Assembly: GCF_004010195.1 (NCBI RefSeq)
Contig: NC_057719.1
Location: forward strand, 80,659,442-80,696,756
Reading direction: 5' to 3'
DNA from: Chiloscyllium plagiosum
Lineage: Eukaryota
Length of the DNA: 37,315 bases
The notes below the pieces were generated by a model. It did no database searches. It had not been told where the DNA came from and worked only from the letters and a program-made list of their open reading frames with translations. The translations under genes were made by a program, and so were the position numbers. This document shows, one piece after another, positions 34,902 to 37,315 of this stretch (position 1 is the first letter of the stretch; each line of letters begins with the position of its first letter).

Positions 34902-35050
34902 TATGCAAGCCAACAGCAAATATAGATCTGTTTATCGTGCTTCAGGATACGTAACAGAGCAAGAATTGCAATATGCTGTAATAAAGAAAGAAACTTTAAC
35001 AGTAGCATCAGTATCCCAAAACTCAGGTTATAACATAGGAACAGGAATAT

Positions 35051-35547
35051 GTTGTTGTGGTTCTGTTCGTCGAGCTGGGAATTTGTGTTGCAGATGTTTC
35101 GTCCCCTGCCTAGGTGACATCCTCAGTGCTTGGGAGCCTCCTATGAAGCGCTTCTGTGATGTTTCCTACGGCATTTATAGTGATTTGTATCTGCCGCTTC
35201 CGGTTGTCAGTTCCAGCTGTCCACTGCAATGGCCAGTATATTGGGTCCAGGTCGATGTGTTTGTTGATAGAATCTGTGGATGAGTGCCATGCCTCTAGGA
35301 ATTCCCTGGTTGTTCTCTGTTTGGCTTGTCCTATAATAGTAGTGTTGTCCCAGTCGAACTCATGTTGCTTGTCATCTGCATGTGTGGCTACTAAGGATAG
35401 CTGGTCATGTCGTTTCGTGGCTAGTCGGTGTTCATGGATACGGATCGTTCGCTGTCTGAGGATATCACCTAGACACAAATTCCCAGCTCGGCAAACAGAA
35501 CCACAACAACGAGCACCCGAGCTACAAATCTTCTCACAAACCTTGAA
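35051..35547 (-). mobile_element. Penelope-like 3' fragment (GIY-YIG C-terminus) with inverted terminal repeat
   Basis: RIHEHRLATKRHDQLSLVATHADDKQHEFDWDNTTII..REFLEAWHS..SINKHIDLDPIY; 35051-35126 inverted at 35456-35510. Confidence 0.88.
35093..35126 (-). ncRNA. Hammerhead-like motif (PLE type, degenerate)
   Basis: Minus strand CTGAGGA-T-GTC-ACCTAGGCAGGG-GAC-GAAACATC. Confidence 0.5.
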
Positions 35548-35879
35548 CAGGAGTACGTCATTCTGCCCCTACAGCCTGCTCACCATAACTGATTGTCTAC
35601 CTCAATGCCTTGTCTCCATTCTATCCCATAATCTCTCGACATCATTTGTGATGAGAAATTTAGAATCTCTCCCTCTTCTAATTACTTAACAACTAAAGCA
35701 GATTTCTAGGGTAGAGAATTCTAAAGATTCACCACCCTCTGGGTGAACAAATTCCTCTGTTTCAATTCTAAATGGCTGGCCTTTCATTCTGTGTTGGCAT
35801 TCCCTTGTTCTGGAGCCTATATTCCGAGGAAACATCCTTTCTGCATGTACTCTGTGTAAGAATTTGGTAATTAATGAAA

Positions 35880-36715
35880 TGTAATGGGATAGCAGATCAG
35901 AACTGAAACCAATCAGAAACAGTCTTTGCCACCAGAAATCAAGGCTTCAGATTAAGACTCTCACACAGAAAGTTCAAACAACAGCAGACACACGCTTTCA
36001 AGGATATCGTCAAGTGGAACTGAAGTGGAAGACTTAGAGATCATTGAGGTGGTTGAAACCTATACATGCTTAGTCACTCAGAACTCTCCAGCCACTGAAA
36101 GACCATTGCAAGTGATAATGAAACTCCAAGAAGAATGTACTTGGTTGAAGAATGTACTTATACCTAAAAATACTGCCTGGAAGGAAGACCAGACTGCATA
36201 CTCAACAATCTGATACTGTGCCAGCAGTTTAAACAGTACAAATACCTCACTGTCATTGAAGGCTTACAGGTCTTCAATGAGAGATTAGTTAAGCTGAAAG
36301 CACGTTGGCTTGATATTCTTGAAAAACTTTACCAAGGACAGTTAAGGATTGGAAAACATTGTGCGAGAACACAACAAACAGGTTAATAGCGAGCATCACT
36401 CACTCTCTATAGGAAATAATAATTAATTGCATTTCTTGGACTATAAGCAGCCCAAGACAAAAATAACCATTATGACTGTCACCTATTCCATCAGGCCATT
36501 GGTGTCCTTGGGCATGCATTTGTTTGAGTCAAGGACAAATCCTTCTGTGTACTTATTATCATTCAAGATGGATTGAAGTTAACTGTTTGCATAATGTCAC
36601 AGCAGATACTGTCAGCCAGTTCCACAAAATAATTTACTCCACGCATAGTATTTTGGACATTGTATTTCATTGTCTAACTTCACAATTTACAATGAAGTGA
36701 TTTCAATATTCTGAA
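35880..36715 (+). mobile_element. Gypsy-like LTR retrotransposon pol relic (RNase H end to integrase)
   Basis: Broken frames read GFRLRL..KVQTTADT.LSR; LTVIEGL..FNERLV; LGMHLFE; YHSRWIEVNCLHNVTADTV. Confidence 0.65.
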
Positions 36716-36829
36716 TGTTAATATATTTTAATTCATGTTACCTGTTCACACTGCTTATTTCAAACAAATCGAGAGGTTGGGAGACGGGCATGAGTAACGA
36801 ATGTTTTATTGAGAAAATGGCAGACCTTC

Positions 36830-37272
36830 ATACAGGCATACAGCACAGAAACGGACCCTTCAATCCAATTAATCCACGCCGCCCATGTTCCCAAACTAAA
36901 CTAGTCCCACCTGCCCAAGCTTAGCCCATATCTCTCCAAACATTTCTTCTTCATGTACTTACACAAACATCTTTTACACCATTTCCTCTGGCAGTTCATT
37001 CCACACAATAGACAATAGACAATAGGTGCAGGAGTAGGCCATTCAGCCCTTCGAGCCTGCACCGCCATTCAATATAATCATGGCTGATCATTCCTAATCA
37101 GTATCCTGTTCCTGCCTTATCTCCATAACCCTTGATGCCACTATCTTTGAGAGCTCTCCAACTCCTTCTTAAATGAATCCAGAGAGTGGGCCTCCACTGC
37201 CCCCTGGGGCAGAGCATTCCACACAGCCACCACTCTCTGGGTGAAGAAATTTCTCCTGAGCTCTGTCCTAAA
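36830..37272 (-). mobile_element. Two CR1-like 3' end fragments
   Basis: HER1-like tail at 36830-37007; second family with (AATAGAC)n tail from 37007. Confidence 0.75.
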
Positions 37273-37273
37273 T

Positions 37274-37315
37274 GAGGTAAAAACAATGACTGCAGATGCT
37301 GGAAACCAGATTCTG
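37274..37315 (-). mobile_element. Penelope-like terminus running off the window
   Basis: GGTAAAAACAATGACTGCAGATGCTGGAAACCAGATTCTG, near-identical to 24799-24838. Confidence 0.85.

Overview
Vertebrate non-coding DNA, almost certainly from a cartilaginous fish (shark). This is inferred from HE1-type V-SINEs, HER1/CR1 LINEs and SacSINE1-type DeuSINEs. Most of the window is nested, decayed transposable elements: many CR1 fragments, tRNA-derived SINEs, Penelope-like elements (PLEs; RT and GIY-YIG remnants), Rex1-type tails, solo LTRs, a Gypsy pol relic, Tigger-like MITEs and a Tx1-like fragment, plus two minisatellites. I cannot identify any intact host protein-coding gene, and every ORF I can recognise is a TE remnant. 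The most interesting structure is a set of short PLE-terminus derivatives carrying minimal hammerhead-ribozyme motifs. One is a 102-bp insert with a perfect 14-bp target-site duplication (TSD), and several are palindromic (fold-back) elements, which suggests a non-autonomous ribozyme-bearing retroelement family. All family assignments come from motif recognition by eye, not database searches, and boundaries of old elements are approximate.
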